NCBI GenBank assembly: GCA_050175015.1
Contig: JBFXJJ010000004.1
Location: forward strand, 145,304-209,303
Length of the DNA: 64,000 bases
Direction: 5' to 3'
Source: Alphaproteobacteria bacterium
Lineage (GTDB): Bacteria > Pseudomonadota > Alphaproteobacteria > JBFXJJ01
Positions within the stretch are counted from its first letter, which is position 1. Every line of letters begins with the position of its first letter. The notes beneath the pieces are model-generated. The model saw only the letters and a list, made by a program, of their open reading frames with translations, was not told the origin of the DNA and made no database searches. The translations under genes and the position numbers were made by a program. Below are positions 35,832 through 47,687 of the stretch, one piece after another.

Positions 35832-36857
35832 ATGGAATACTTGAAACCAACTTTTAATAAAGAATTAAAGCAAAGCTTTGATAAAAAAACAAAAAAAGTT
35901 TCCTATTCTGAAGAACCTGTTTTACCGTTTAAACTCGTAGGCAAAGAAGAAGACCACCCTAGACTTATCCGTATTCTTAACAGACTTTGCAAAAGTGAAT
36001 TTGGTTACGAACAAGCAAAAACAGCTTGCGAAGCAGGTTTTACTCTTGGCTTTGCATCAACTTCTGGTGCAATTGGAGTTTGCGACCAAGCTGGTTCTTT
36101 TATTACCTTAAATCCTCGTTTCAGTGATGATGTTTTAGTCGGTACATTGTCTCATGAATCACGCCATGCTGGTCAGTTTGCTCGCGGCGGCAATGAGCTT
36201 TTTGGCATTGATAACATTAAATCAGAAATAATTAAATTCCGCTCTATGGAAGCCGATGCCGAAGTTTCTAATGTAACTGCCTGTTATGAACTTTATCAGC
36301 AAGGTGATACCAAACCTTATTTAGAATACGGCAAAAAGAACCCTTATATATACAACGCTTTCAAACAAGCCCAACCCAAAGATGAACCGGTTACAAAAGA
36401 AGCTCAAACCGCTGCTTTCAAGGCTTGGTATGATAATCTTGATACAAAATATTCTTATGAAAAAGGCTATCATGTTGACCATATGAAAAAGGCTTTAGCT
36501 GAAGAAAAATCTGATAAATATCCTTATTCTAATAACATTACATCAGAACAACAGATTAACCAAACCTGTGTAACCAAAAATGGCTGCTACTTTACTGATA
36601 ATAAAAACCTTCTTGAAACAGGTAAATTCTTAGAAATCTCAGATACGTCTAGATCTGTATTCGAAAATTTCTTTATTTACCGTCAACAACACTTCGGTTT
36701 GCCTATGGACGAAACCTTAAAAGATATACCAATTCAAAGAAGTCGGTTTCTTATGCCAGAAATAATCTTTGACGCTTTTAAAGCTAATGACAACAAAGAT
36801 ATTCCTACAATTACAGTTAACAAACTTAAACAAATGACAAATAGAGGATCAAGATAA
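35832..36857 (+). CDS. Putative HExxH metallopeptidase (DUF6782-like)
   Basis: LSHESRHAGQ followed by RSMEADA; AAGGA before ATG 35832. Confidence 0.65.
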   Translation: MEYLKPTFNKELKQSFDKKTKKVSYSEEPVLPFKLVGKEEDHPRLIRILNRLCKSEFGYEQAKTACEAGFTLGFASTSGAIGVCDQAGSFITLNPRFSDDVLVGTLSHESRHAGQFARGGNELFGIDNIKSEIIKFRSMEADAEVSNVTACYELYQQGDTKPYLEYGKKNPYIYNAFKQAQPKDEPVTKEAQTAAFKAWYDNLDTKYSYEKGYHVDHMKKALAEEKSDKYPYSNNITSEQQINQTCVTKNGCYFTDNKNLLETGKFLEISDTSRSVFENFFIYRQQHFGLPMDETLKDIPIQRSRFLMPEIIFDAFKANDNKDIPTITVNKLKQMTNRGSR

Positions 36858-36859
36858 AA

Positions 36860-37471
36860 ATGGAATCTTGGAAACGTATCGATAAAAAAGACTTAGAACC
36901 AATTATCAACGCTATTAACAAAGAGGAAGGTTTCGATCTTTATAGTTTAGAAACATCTTCAGCCAAACAAGCTGCTATGCCTTTTTATAAAACGCTTAGT
37001 ATGCTTGAAATTACTGATTTTGCCTCTATTCCGCCTCTGACTATGCGTTTTTTCATCAATAACAGCAACGCAGCATCATCTATCTTAAAATTAGATGGTT
37101 CGAAAGAAGCTTTATTAGAGATAAACAAAGTTGAAAGACCAACTTTAGATGAAAGCAATATTGTTGCTTACGCTAAATTTGCCTTAGGAACAGTTATGGG
37201 TGAAGAAGGAACTTTTAGACTGGTTGAAAATATGGGTGATATTGAATATTCAAGAGATCCATCTGAGAAAGAGCAGAAGATGCTTTTAGCGGTTATTAAA
37301 CCTGCCCGCATTGCTAAAGTTGATGACGGGTATTCCCTTGATGCCAATGTTCTTTACTCTGATTGTGTTTATAGAGCTATTATTTCTGTAACCAGTGATG
37401 GCACCGTAGATATTCAAGAAGAGAAAACTATGTTGAATGATATGCCAACAAGACAAATTATGCTTTTATAA
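36860..37471 (+). CDS. Hypothetical protein
   Basis: 203-aa ORF tightly coupled to neighbours, host-like codon usage. Confidence 0.75.
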   Translation: MESWKRIDKKDLEPIINAINKEEGFDLYSLETSSAKQAAMPFYKTLSMLEITDFASIPPLTMRFFINNSNAASSILKLDGSKEALLEINKVERPTLDESNIVAYAKFALGTVMGEEGTFRLVENMGDIEYSRDPSEKEQKMLLAVIKPARIAKVDDGYSLDANVLYSDCVYRAIISVTSDGTVDIQEEKTMLNDMPTRQIMLL

Positions 37472-37492
37472 TATTTTAAAAGAAGAAACATT

Positions 37493-38683
37493 ATGCTAAC
37501 TCCTAAATTTGAGGAACACCTAAAAAAACAAATAGCCGATTTAAAAGAAAGCGGTTTATTTAAAAATGAAAGAACCATAACTTCGCAGCAAAGCGCTGTT
37601 GTAAAATTAGATAATGGCTCTGAGGTCATAAATTTTTGTGCCAACAACTATTTAGGATTAGCAAATAATATTGAACTGATAACATCTGCCCAGAATGCTT
37701 TAGCTAAAAATGGCTATGGATTAGCTTCTGTTAGATTCATCTGCGGCACAACCGATGTTCATAAAGAACTTGAAAAAACTATAAGCCGTTTTCTTGGTAA
37801 AGAAGACACTATCTTATATTCATCTTGCTTTGACGCTAATGGCGGACTGTTTGAAGCTTTATTATCGGAAGAAGATGCAATCATAAGCGATGCACTAAAT
37901 CATGCCAGCATTATCGATGGCGTAAGATTGTGCAAAGCAAAACGTTTCCGTTATGCTAACAACAATATGGAAGAACTCGAAGAATGTCTTAAAGATGCTG
38001 CAGAGTGCCGTTTTAAAGTCATTGCTACTGATGGTGTTTTTTCTATGGACGGCGTTATCGCAAATTTGCCAGCTATTTGTGACTTAGCAGAGAAATATGA
38101 TGCTATAGTAATGGTTGATGATTCTCACGCCGTAGGCTTTATGGGCAAAAATGGTCGAGGAACTCCTGAATATTGTAATGTTGAATCTCGAGTAGATATA
38201 ATAACAGGAACACTGGGCAAAGCATTAGGTGGGGCATCTGGCGGATATACTTCAGGAAGCAAAGACATTGTTACATGGCTAAGACAGCGTTCGAGACCTT
38301 ACCTTTTCTCAAACACTTTAGCTCCAGCCATCACCCAAACATCTATTGATGTTATTAAAATATTAGAAAAAAGTTCTGATCTAAGGGTTAAACTCCACGA
38401 AAACAGTGAATATTTTAGAAACAATATGACTAAGCTTGGTTTCAAATTAGCAGGCAGTGGGCACCCCATTATTCCAGTTATGGTTGGTGATGCTGTTCTT
38501 GCAGGCAAGATGGCAGATAAAATGCTGCAACAAGGCATTTATGTTGTTGCTTTTTCTTATCCTGTTGTTCCTAAAGGACTTGCTAGAATACGGACGCAAA
38601 TGTCGGCAGCTCATACTAAAGAACATCTAGACAAAGCTATAAACGCTTTTGAAATCGCAGGCAAAGAGCTAAAAATCATTTAA
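37493..38683 (+). CDS. kbl: Glycine C-acetyltransferase (2-amino-3-ketobutyrate CoA ligase)
   Basis: [43 protein letters not shown]. Confidence 0.97.
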   Translation: MLTPKFEEHLKKQIADLKESGLFKNERTITSQQSAVVKLDNGSEVINFCANNYLGLANNIELITSAQNALAKNGYGLASVRFICGTTDVHKELEKTISRFLGKEDTILYSSCFDANGGLFEALLSEEDAIISDALNHASIIDGVRLCKAKRFRYANNNMEELEECLKDAAECRFKVIATDGVFSMDGVIANLPAICDLAEKYDAIVMVDDSHAVGFMGKNGRGTPEYCNVESRVDIITGTLGKALGGASGGYTSGSKDIVTWLRQRSRPYLFSNTLAPAITQTSIDVIKILEKSSDLRVKLHENSEYFRNNMTKLGFKLAGSGHPIIPVMVGDAVLAGKMADKMLQQGIYVVAFSYPVVPKGLARIRTQMSAAHTKEHLDKAINAFEIAGKELKII

Positions 38684-38732
38684 AAAAATCAACGGTCTTT
38701 TTTTATCATCTATTATTTTATGGTCAAAAATT

Positions 38733-39758
38733 ATGAAGGCACTTGTAAAGAGATACCCTGAGATGGGGTTAAATATGGAAGATGTTCCGATGCCAACAAT
38801 CGGCGCGAATGACATCTTAGTAAAAATTAGAAAAACAGCTATTTGCGGAACCGATGTCCATATTTATAATTGGGACGAATGGTCACAAAAAACGATACCT
38901 ATTCCAATGACAATCGGACACGAATTTGCAGGCGACGTCGTTGAGATTGGAAGTGAAGTAACGGGCATAAAAATAGGTGACCGTGTTTCTGGTGAAGGTC
39001 ATATAACTTGCGGTCATTGCCGTAACTGCAAAGCGGGCAAACGTCATCTATGCCGTAATACCATAGGTGTCGGAGTAAATCGTACAGGCTGTTTTGGAGA
39101 ATACTTGTCCCTGCCTGCAACGAATGCTTTCGTTCTTCCTAAAGAAATCAGTTATGAAATGGGAAGTATATTAGACCCATTAGGAAATGCTGTTCATACA
39201 GCCTTGTCTTTTGATTTAGTTGGAGAAGATGTCTTAATAACTGGAGCTGGTCCTATCGGCATAATGGCTGTTGCAATTGCACAATTTGCTGGCGCCAGAT
39301 ATGTTGCCATAACCGATGTTAATGAATACCGCTTAGACTTAGCTCGTAAGATGGGAGCAACTAAAGCCATAAATATATCGCAGGGCTCAATTCCTGACTG
39401 TATGAAAGAGCTTGGAATGACCGAGGGCTTTGATGTCGGGCTTGAAATGTCAGGCAATGCTGGCGCTTTAAAAGAGCTTTTACAAAATATGAATTATGGC
39501 GGCAGAGTAGCCTTACTCGGAATTTTCCCTGATGATGTAAAAATGAACTTAAGTCACGTTATTTTTAAAGGATTATTCCTTAAAGGGATTTATGGCAGAG
39601 AAATGTTTGAAACTTGGTACAAAACGTCTTCAATGCTTCAGAGCGGTCTTAAAATATCTGATATTATAACCCATCGTTTTAAAATTGATGATTTTGAAAA
39701 AGGTTTTCAAACTATGAAATCAGGTCAATCAGGCAAAGTAATTTTAGATTGGGATTAA
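38733..39758 (+). CDS. tdh: L-threonine 3-dehydrogenase
   Basis: [37 protein letters not shown]; adjacent to kbl. Confidence 0.97.
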   Translation: MKALVKRYPEMGLNMEDVPMPTIGANDILVKIRKTAICGTDVHIYNWDEWSQKTIPIPMTIGHEFAGDVVEIGSEVTGIKIGDRVSGEGHITCGHCRNCKAGKRHLCRNTIGVGVNRTGCFGEYLSLPATNAFVLPKEISYEMGSILDPLGNAVHTALSFDLVGEDVLITGAGPIGIMAVAIAQFAGARYVAITDVNEYRLDLARKMGATKAINISQGSIPDCMKELGMTEGFDVGLEMSGNAGALKELLQNMNYGGRVALLGIFPDDVKMNLSHVIFKGLFLKGIYGREMFETWYKTSSMLQSGLKISDIITHRFKIDDFEKGFQTMKSGQSGKVILDWD

Positions 39759-39891
39759 TTCTTTCTAAAATATGTATTAGCTTTGGCTTCTAGTCTTATG
39801 CTGTTGTTTTGCCTTTTTGTTAAGCCTTAATATATATGTTTTTATTTTTATAAAAGCGAAGAAACAAATTTTTGCGATATGATTAAAAGCC

Positions 39892-42597
39892 TCAATCTTT
39901 TATATCTTGGTCTTCAAATGATGGCTCTTCTTCCTGATTAAGTTTAGGAAAACTATCATCATCATTAGCATCTATAGAAACATCATCAGAAAAATCATTC
40001 TCGTCAACTACATCTTCTTCAATATCAAAGCCGGCGTCACTGTTTTCTTCTGTAGCATCAACATAAAAGTCATCAGCATTATCTAAAGTTTCATTTGATA
40101 AAGAATCATCTAAATCCTGAGAATTTAATATTTGCTGCTTTGGAACCATAGCTTCTTCATCTGAAGAAACCTGTTCATCAAGAGATGACGTTTTGTTATC
40201 GCTATCGCCCTCCTCTAAGACTTCTACAGCACCATTTGAGCTGTCTGGATTATGATTATAAACTTCTGCGGTATCAGTCTCTGTATTTTTAATATCCGAA
40301 GGAACTTCTTCTAATGTTTCAGTTTTAGTTCTATCGTTAACTTCCAGAGTTTGCTCTCCTAAGTTTTCACTATTAATATCCTCATTGCCGTTCTCTTCAA
40401 CAACTTCTTGAGTTATTACACCAACAAGAACCGCTTGGCTTAAATCATAATCTCTTCCTTCTAAACCAGAACTATCAATTAAAGTCTTATCTTTAGGTTT
40501 ATTTTTGATATTTTCAAGTTCTTGAATTTCATTATCTACAGCTGCTTTTTTGTTAATATCATCAATATTTTCAGCATCTTTCTGTATTTCAGTTTTTTTG
40601 CTTTTTTCCTCAGGCGGCAATCTAAAGATGGAATCACTTTTAGCTTCTTCTTTTTCTTTAACCTTATCTTTTTCTTTTTTAGATTTTTTACTTGCTTTAT
40701 AGTTACTTTTAAATTGGTTAATAAACGTCTGATACTGCGTTTGACCACCATAAAAATCAAATTGATATGGGTATTCAATCCCCCATACCTTGGAATCACT
40801 ATCCACAAAAGTATCAGCACAAACAAAGTTGGAGTTCCTTAAGAAAAAGGAACTTACAAGCGTTGTTACATCACACCCCTCGGGTCTTACTTCATAAGTT
40901 TTTTTATTAGGCTCATAAATAGCAAAAAAGGTTGAGAACCCATCTTTATAATAGTCTTTATCTTCCAAATCGCCTTGACTGATTTTGGCACCAGAATCAC
41001 CGTGCATTATCACAATAGATTTTTCAAGAATATGTTGTTTTTTCAGTGCATCAAAGAAACCATCAAGTTTTCCATAAACACAAGAAAGTTGATTCATATA
41101 TTCATTAAAAACATCTTTTTTATCTTCAAAACTAGCTCTCTGCCCAAATCTCTGCTGAACATCTGTTCCCGCAAAATAGGTATGCCAGTCATATAAATGG
41201 GGCTTTACATTACAATATTGATCAAAAATATAAGGCTCTGATGGCAGCATAATATATGCGAAAAATACATTTTTACCCTTAGCTTCAAGAATATCCTCTT
41301 GCAGAGTATCAAGCATATTGATTTGACTTCCAGAATAGCTGTCATTAAGAGGCATACCAAGAAAAACGATTTTCTTTGAGGATATTCCTATCTTCCATAA
41401 CAAGTTTTTAATACTAGAAACAATTCCATCAGCCGATTTATGGGCATAAAACCAATGCCCGATTGTTGTCAAAGCCTTTATATGTGAGCTTGCTTTCTGA
41501 TTATAAAGTGTACTAGGATATGTTGGAAAAGTAATACACTTGTAAACAAAATTAGAACCAACGCCTTTACAAAAATCTAAAAATTTTGTCTGATAAACAT
41601 TAATCTTATAATCATAATCATACATCATTTTAAAAAGAGAATTCTGCGTCATAGTAAACACTGGTTTATCGTCTTCCCCGCTTTTTACATAACTGCTGTA
41701 GCTAATATCATTAATATACTGCAAATAATTTTTATGTATTTTTTCATCAACCGCATAAGCATCAAAATTAAGCGCGGAAACTATCGAAAAAATATTATTA
41801 TTGCTGACTGAGTATGAATGAGGATAAAAAGTAAAATCAAATTTCTGATAAAAACCATTCATTAAATTAAGCCGATAGTCCTCGCTATCTTTGTTATATT
41901 TGTTTTTATTTTCCAAAAGATATGAATGGCTTCCGTGATTATTAAATATTAAATAAATTAGGTTTCTGTCTTGAGTTTCGCCCGAGTTGCTGTTTTTAAC
42001 ATCTTCTTTTTCAAAAACTCTAGGCTTACCTTCACCATAAAGACTGATTATCATAACCGCACAAATGCCCATCAGAAACATCGTAGATACTTCCATTACA
42101 TGATCTTTAAAATGCTTAAAAAGCCATAAAAAACCACTTGAGCAAAGCAAGGCTATTACATTAGAACCATAACGGCTGATTTTTTCAGTTAACCCACTGC
42201 CTAAGTAATCGGATACATAATATGAAACTATTTCACCAGGGCTGTAAATTAAGTTGACATCAAGAATAGAAAGGACAAAAAAGTATATGGCTATAGCCCC
42301 AAAGTACTTAAATACTCGTTTAGATATAAACCAACCTAAAGGGAAAAGAATACCAACATAAATGCTGCTGAAAATAAAAAAGTATATTAAAATTATAATA
42401 ACTTCAAAACCGAAGATATTTCCTCCAGAAAGAGGATAAGAGTAAGTTTTGCAAAAGCAAACCAAACTAAGCATAAGCAAAAAAGTTACAAACAATGTTG
42501 TTGTAAGAAACGGCCAGTTGTCACTTATTTTTATCTTTTTTATTATTGAGAAGTCAATTTGATTAACTTCTTCGTTTCTCACCACTTTTTTAGGCAT
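39892..42597 (-). CDS. Membrane-anchored alkaline-phosphatase/sulfatase-superfamily-like protein with long acidic C-terminal tail
   Basis: About five N-terminal TM segments; MLPSEPY and IVIMHGDSG resemble the superfamily's PHxPY and xSDHG motifs; D/E-rich last ~270 aa. Confidence 0.55.
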   Translation of the reverse strand: MPKKVVRNEEVNQIDFSIIKKIKISDNWPFLTTTLFVTFLLMLSLVCFCKTYSYPLSGGNIFGFEVIIILIYFFIFSSIYVGILFPLGWFISKRVFKYFGAIAIYFFVLSILDVNLIYSPGEIVSYYVSDYLGSGLTEKISRYGSNVIALLCSSGFLWLFKHFKDHVMEVSTMFLMGICAVMIISLYGEGKPRVFEKEDVKNSNSGETQDRNLIYLIFNNHGSHSYLLENKNKYNKDSEDYRLNLMNGFYQKFDFTFYPHSYSVSNNNIFSIVSALNFDAYAVDEKIHKNYLQYINDISYSSYVKSGEDDKPVFTMTQNSLFKMMYDYDYKINVYQTKFLDFCKGVGSNFVYKCITFPTYPSTLYNQKASSHIKALTTIGHWFYAHKSADGIVSSIKNLLWKIGISSKKIVFLGMPLNDSYSGSQINMLDTLQEDILEAKGKNVFFAYIMLPSEPYIFDQYCNVKPHLYDWHTYFAGTDVQQRFGQRASFEDKKDVFNEYMNQLSCVYGKLDGFFDALKKQHILEKSIVIMHGDSGAKISQGDLEDKDYYKDGFSTFFAIYEPNKKTYEVRPEGCDVTTLVSSFFLRNSNFVCADTFVDSDSKVWGIEYPYQFDFYGGQTQYQTFINQFKSNYKASKKSKKEKDKVKEKEEAKSDSIFRLPPEEKSKKTEIQKDAENIDDINKKAAVDNEIQELENIKNKPKDKTLIDSSGLEGRDYDLSQAVLVGVITQEVVEENGNEDINSENLGEQTLEVNDRTKTETLEEVPSDIKNTETDTAEVYNHNPDSSNGAVEVLEEGDSDNKTSSLDEQVSSDEEAMVPKQQILNSQDLDDSLSNETLDNADDFYVDATEENSDAGFDIEEDVVDENDFSDDVSIDANDDDSFPKLNQEEEPSFEDQDIKD

Positions 42598-43034
42598 ATT
42601 TTTCTCTTTAAGAAAACCCTATTTATTTCCAAAAAATATTAAAAACTAACTATATCTTATATATACGCATAAAAGAATAAAAAACTTTTAACATAGCTGA
42701 AACCTTTTATCATAAAGATTTAAGCTCAACTCGATAAAAATATAAAACTTAGCAAAAAGATAAAGGATATAAAGGGATTTCAAAACACTTTAGTTCTCTT
42801 GTTTTTTGTTTTTTAGGAAATAAGCCTTAAATATACGGCAAAGCAAAATAAGTCTTTTCCTATAATTTGAACGAATTTTTATAAAAATTCTATTGAATCG
42901 ATAATTTTTTATCAAAAACATTACAAAAAGACAAAAAAATATAAAACAACATGGTTTAAGAATTTAGCATAATCACTTAAAAAAAAAGACCTGTAAAAGA
43001 ACAGGTCTTTGAGAGTTTGGATAGCTTATTAATT

Positions 43035-43649
43035 TTATCTTGAGTAATATTCGATAACCTGATGAGGTTCCATTTGTACAGGATATGGAATATCTGCAAA
43101 TTTTGGAATATCTAAAAACTTACCTTGAAGTTTATCAAGATCTACATCCAAATATGCAGGAATTTCACGTTCTGGAGATTGTTTGGCTTCAATAACCATA
43201 GGAATTTCACGTGAAGCAGCTTTAACTTCAACAACATCTCCAACTTTAACAAGATAAGATGCAATATTAACACGGCTGCCATTTACTTTGATGTGTCCAT
43301 GATTGACGAACTGACGAGCTGCGAAAACGGTTGGAACAAATTTCATACGATAAACAACAGCGTCAAGCCTTGTTTCAAGAAGTCCAACTAAGTTTTCTGA
43401 AGAGTCTCCCTTACGACGAACAGCTTCTTTATAATATTTTAAGAACTGTTTTTCTGAAATATTGCCGTAATATCCTCTTAATTTTTGTTTTGCGAGAAGC
43501 TGTGAACCATAGTTTGAAGGTTTGCGTTTGTGCTGTCCGTGTTCACCTGGTCCGTATTCTCTGCGGCTGAGAGGGCTTTTTGAGCTCCCCCAAAGATTAA
43601 CGCCTAAGCGGCGGTCAATCTTATGCTTTTGGGTATGTCTTTTACTCAT
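43035..43649 (-). CDS. rpsD: 30S ribosomal protein S4
   Basis: [39 protein letters not shown]. Confidence 0.98.
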   Translation of the reverse strand: MSKRHTQKHKIDRRLGVNLWGSSKSPLSRREYGPGEHGQHKRKPSNYGSQLLAKQKLRGYYGNISEKQFLKYYKEAVRRKGDSSENLVGLLETRLDAVVYRMKFVPTVFAARQFVNHGHIKVNGSRVNIASYLVKVGDVVEVKAASREIPMVIEAKQSPEREIPAYLDVDLDKLQGKFLDIPKFADIPYPVQMEPHQVIEYYSR

Positions 43650-43816
43650 ATAAATAAACCTTATAAAAATTAATTTTGTTTTATTGTCCTAGTATTTTCC
43701 TTTATATTATAAAGGAACGTGGCAATAACAATTGCCAACTTTCCTAGAAGTAAGCTAAGAAAAAAACATATTTTTAAATAAATGTCAACCGTTATTACTA
43801 AAAACAAGGTTAAACT

Positions 43817-45619
43817 ATGTCTTTTGATATAATGCTCCAACAGGCAATAAGATTTCAAGAAAATGGTCAAATTGATGAAGCTGAAAATATCTATCGGGAA
43901 CTGTTAAACACGGCTCCCGAACACCCAGACTTACATTATCTTATCGGTTTGATTGCTGTTCAAAAGAAAGCCTTCAGTTCTGCGGTTGATTTCCTTGCCA
44001 AAGCAGTTTCTCAAAAACCTGATTCTATTCCTTTTGTTTTTTCTTTGGCTCACGCTCTGCAAGAATGGGGAAAGCATTTTGAAGCCCTTGAAAATTACCG
44101 CAAAGTCAACGAATTAGACCCGAATATCCCCGAAACGTGGAACAATATGGGGAATATATACCGCATTGAAGGCGAGCCCAACAAGGCTAAAGAATATTTT
44201 AAAACCGCTTTGGGGATAAATCCCGAAATGTCTATTGCTCTAAATAATCTCGCTCTTGTCAACTATGATTTGAATGAGATTGAAGAAGCTAAAGAGAACC
44301 TAAAAAAAGCTTTAAACATAACTCCAGAATATGATGAAGCATTATTCAATCTTGCAAATATATACCGAGAAGAAAACAATCTAAGCGAGGCTTTGCCACT
44401 TTATCATAAAGCAACAACTGTAAATCCTAAATTTGCCCGCTGTTTTAATAGCCTAGGAATAGCTTTAGAAAAACAAGAAAATTATAATGATGCCGAAGAA
44501 GCATTTAGAAACGCTATCAAAATTGCCCCTAAATATGCTGACGCAATAAAAAATCTAGGCAATATTCTCTTTGCAACCAAACAATTTGATAAGGCTGAAG
44601 ACGCTTATAAAGATGCTTTAAAAATTGATAAAAACCTTTTTGATGCCTATGTAAATTTGGGAAATCTGCTGCAAACCCAAAATCGTGTAGATGAGGCTTT
44701 GGAATATTACCGCAAAGCTATTATTATTAATCCTGAACAGCCAGAAGTATGTAACAACTTAGCCCTTGCGGTTCAAGCAACGGGTGATATTGAAGAAGCG
44801 ATTGGACTTTTTTGCAGCAGTCTTTATTTAAAGCCTGACTTAATCCAGACTAAATATAATTTAGCTTTAGCAATCTATGATTTATATTTTCAACAAGACC
44901 AAGAAAAAGCTATTAAAATCACCGAAAATTGGCTGCGCAATGTCAAAAATGACCCTGTCGCCACGCACCTGCTCTTGTCTCTCAAAGGCGAAACACTGGA
45001 AAACGGAGCTAGTTCTGCATATTTAACTGAATTTTTTGATGCCTTTGCTCTAGATTTTGAAAAAACTTTAGACAATCTTAAATATCAAACTCCCAATATT
45101 ATTGGAAAAATCTTATCTGATTTAAACCTTTCTCAAGCTGGTCTTAATATCTTGGATTTAGGCTGCGGAACAGGACTATGTGGAAAAATTTTAAAGCCTT
45201 ATGCCCAAACGCTTGTTGGCATCGACTTGTCTTCAAAAATGCTCGAAAAAGCAAAAGATAAAAGGGTTTATGACCGCCTCGAACAACAGGATTTAAAAAA
45301 ATCATTAAATCAAACAGATAAATTTGACTTAATCATCGCCGCTGACGTCTTTTGTTACTTTGGCAACTTAAAAACAGTCATATCTCAAATTGCTTCCTGT
45401 TTAGAAATTGGAGGATACGCTATTTTTTCGATTGAAGAAGAAATTAACGGCAATAATTTTCAAATCTATCCTTCAGGAAGATATAAACACAATTTTAAAT
45501 ACCTTGAAGATGTTATATTTAATTCTGGATTGACTATTATAGAATTAAAAAAAGAACAGATTCGCTTGGAAAAAAACGAACCTGTTCTTGGAATTATTGC
45601 GATTGTAAAAAAGCCTTAA
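43817..45619 (+). CDS. TPR-repeat protein with C-terminal class I SAM methyltransferase
   Basis: Many canonical TPRs; ILDLGCGTGLCG, ADVFCYFG. Confidence 0.9.
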   Translation: MSFDIMLQQAIRFQENGQIDEAENIYRELLNTAPEHPDLHYLIGLIAVQKKAFSSAVDFLAKAVSQKPDSIPFVFSLAHALQEWGKHFEALENYRKVNELDPNIPETWNNMGNIYRIEGEPNKAKEYFKTALGINPEMSIALNNLALVNYDLNEIEEAKENLKKALNITPEYDEALFNLANIYREENNLSEALPLYHKATTVNPKFARCFNSLGIALEKQENYNDAEEAFRNAIKIAPKYADAIKNLGNILFATKQFDKAEDAYKDALKIDKNLFDAYVNLGNLLQTQNRVDEALEYYRKAIIINPEQPEVCNNLALAVQATGDIEEAIGLFCSSLYLKPDLIQTKYNLALAIYDLYFQQDQEKAIKITENWLRNVKNDPVATHLLLSLKGETLENGASSAYLTEFFDAFALDFEKTLDNLKYQTPNIIGKILSDLNLSQAGLNILDLGCGTGLCGKILKPYAQTLVGIDLSSKMLEKAKDKRVYDRLEQQDLKKSLNQTDKFDLIIAADVFCYFGNLKTVISQIASCLEIGGYAIFSIEEEINGNNFQIYPSGRYKHNFKYLEDVIFNSGLTIIELKKEQIRLEKNEPVLGIIAIVKKP

Positions 45620-45631
45620 TTTTTTTACATT

Positions 45632-46519
45632 TTAAAGTCCCAAATCTTCTGGGTTTTTAACTTCACTTACAACAATATTTTTTAGCTTTTCAAAAGCTCT
45701 ATTTTCAATCTGTCTAACTCTTTCACGGCTAATTCCATACTTATAGCCCAAAAACTCTAAAGTAGCAGGATGAGAGCGAAGTTTACGTTCGATAATTATT
45801 TCCTTTTCTCTTTCATTAAGCTCCAATAAAGCTTTTGAAAGAACTTCACGAAGATATTTCTGTTCTTGCTTCTTACTAAGAAGCTCTTCTTGATTATCTG
45901 TTTCATCAACCAAGAAATCTACTCTCTCTGTCCCCTCTTCTTCGTCCATATACGCATTAAGAGATGTATCTCCCATAAGCCTTAAGTTCATCTCTTTAAC
46001 GTCGTCTTCTCCGACATTAAGATCTCTGGCAATGATTGCTATTTCTTCAGGCCCAAGCTCTTTGTCACTATAAGCCCCTATTTTTGCTTTCATTTTAGCT
46101 AAATTATAAAAAAGCTTCTTTTGGGCAACAACCGTCCCCATCTTAACTAAAGACCAAGACTTGATTATAAATTCGTGAATAGATGCTTTTATCCACCAAA
46201 TAGCATAAGTCGAAAGCCTAAAACCTTTTTCAGGTTCAAACTTTTTAACCGCGTGCATTAATCCAATGTTAGCCTCAGAGATTAAATCGGCCATAGACAA
46301 GCCATAATGACGATACCCAAAAGCAATTTTAGCCGCCAGCCTAAGATGGCTGGTAACTAGCTTATGCGCAGCATCAACATCACCAACTTTACGAAATTTG
46401 TTAGCTAAATCTAACTCTTCCTCTTCCGTCAATACAGGAAAATTTTTAATCATTTGCATATATGAAGTTAGACCAGCCTCTTGAGAAATGATAGGAAGGT
46501 TCATAGCTAATGTTGTCAT
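45632..46519 (-). CDS. rpoH: RNA polymerase sigma-32 factor
   Basis: LVTSHLRL, GFRLSTYAIWWIKA, RpoH box QKKLFYNL, SRERVRQIE. Confidence 0.93.
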   Translation of the reverse strand: MTTLAMNLPIISQEAGLTSYMQMIKNFPVLTEEEELDLANKFRKVGDVDAAHKLVTSHLRLAAKIAFGYRHYGLSMADLISEANIGLMHAVKKFEPEKGFRLSTYAIWWIKASIHEFIIKSWSLVKMGTVVAQKKLFYNLAKMKAKIGAYSDKELGPEEIAIIARDLNVGEDDVKEMNLRLMGDTSLNAYMDEEEGTERVDFLVDETDNQEELLSKKQEQKYLREVLSKALLELNEREKEIIIERKLRSHPATLEFLGYKYGISRERVRQIENRAFEKLKNIVVSEVKNPEDLGL

Positions 46520-46731
46520 TAAATTTTTCTCCCTTAAATTTAAACCATATATAATAATCAAATATGATTAAATCTAGACCTCGCAACCTAAATACAACTT
46601 TTTTTTCAAAATTACAAGAAATTTCATCGAATCAAAGGATAATTAAAATCATTCTAAAAGTCAATATATTATATTTGTTTTTTATTGGCTTTTTAATTTA
46701 TTTTTTTATTTTTTTACTGCTTTCTTGTGCA

Positions 46732-47499
46732 TTATTTTTTGGTTTCATCTGGTTTAGACACAGCCAAACTTTTTTGAATATCTGTACCTTTTAATTTGCT
46801 GTTTTTTTCAGCGTAATCAAAAGCTGTCAAACCATAGCTGTCAGTAATGGCAACATTCGCTCCCAAATCAACCAAAGTAGAAACAATCTCAACATTAGGA
46901 TTAGTAATTACGGCAAACATTAAAGCCGTAAGCCCCTCTTGATTTTGAGTATTTAGGGGTATTCCTGCCTGAGCTAATACACTTATAACTTCAGGATTCA
47001 GATTCTCGGCCGCTGCCATCATTAAAGAATTAACACCATCATCATCTTTTGCCTGAATATCGGCACCTTTTTTTATCAGCATTTTAACAACGTCAGCATT
47101 ATTTTTTATGCTTGCAGCCATCAAAGGTGTAACGCCGTCTTCAGTTTTAGTTTCCAAATTAGCCCCAGATATCGCCAAAGCCTCTACGATATCAGAAACA
47201 GGATTATTCATTGCGGCAAGGAGCATCGCTGTAATGCCACTTTTGGTCTTAGCATTAACATCAATATTGGCACCAACTAATTTTCGTATAACCTGCGGAT
47301 TGTTGTTATAAGCGGCGGCGGTCATAAGCAAGTTCCAGCCGTCCTCATTAAAAACATTAACATCTTTTATTTTTTCCAACATTTTACTTATTTGTTCTTC
47401 TGAACCTTTGGCGGCAACTTTAAAAGCATGGTTTTCCCCTGAACAGGCATACACCAAGAAACTCAAAACAAAACAAAAAAATGCGGCTTTTTTCATCAC
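46732..47499 (-). CDS. Ankyrin-repeat lipoprotein
   Basis: Signal peptide with lipobox-like VYAC; repeated G(V/L)TxLMxAA units. Confidence 0.88.
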   Translation of the reverse strand: MMKKAAFFCFVLSFLVYACSGENHAFKVAAKGSEEQISKMLEKIKDVNVFNEDGWNLLMTAAAYNNNPQVIRKLVGANIDVNAKTKSGITAMLLAAMNNPVSDIVEALAISGANLETKTEDGVTPLMAASIKNNADVVKMLIKKGADIQAKDDDGVNSLMMAAAENLNPEVISVLAQAGIPLNTQNQEGLTALMFAVITNPNVEIVSTLVDLGANVAITDSYGLTAFDYAEKNSKLKGTDIQKSLAVSKPDETKK

Positions 47500-47687
47500 A
47501 AAAACTCCAAACTAGTTTATATCTCCATTTACAATACCTTATATTTTTTTAACAGCAAAAGCAATCAATAAAGTTTTCCTGTGTTTCTGCCATTCATAAA
47601 AAAGATTTATTAAAAGCAATATTATATTAACATTTTTGTTTTAATAATTGATTTCCTGCCTAAAAATTAAAACCATAAGGGTAAAAT

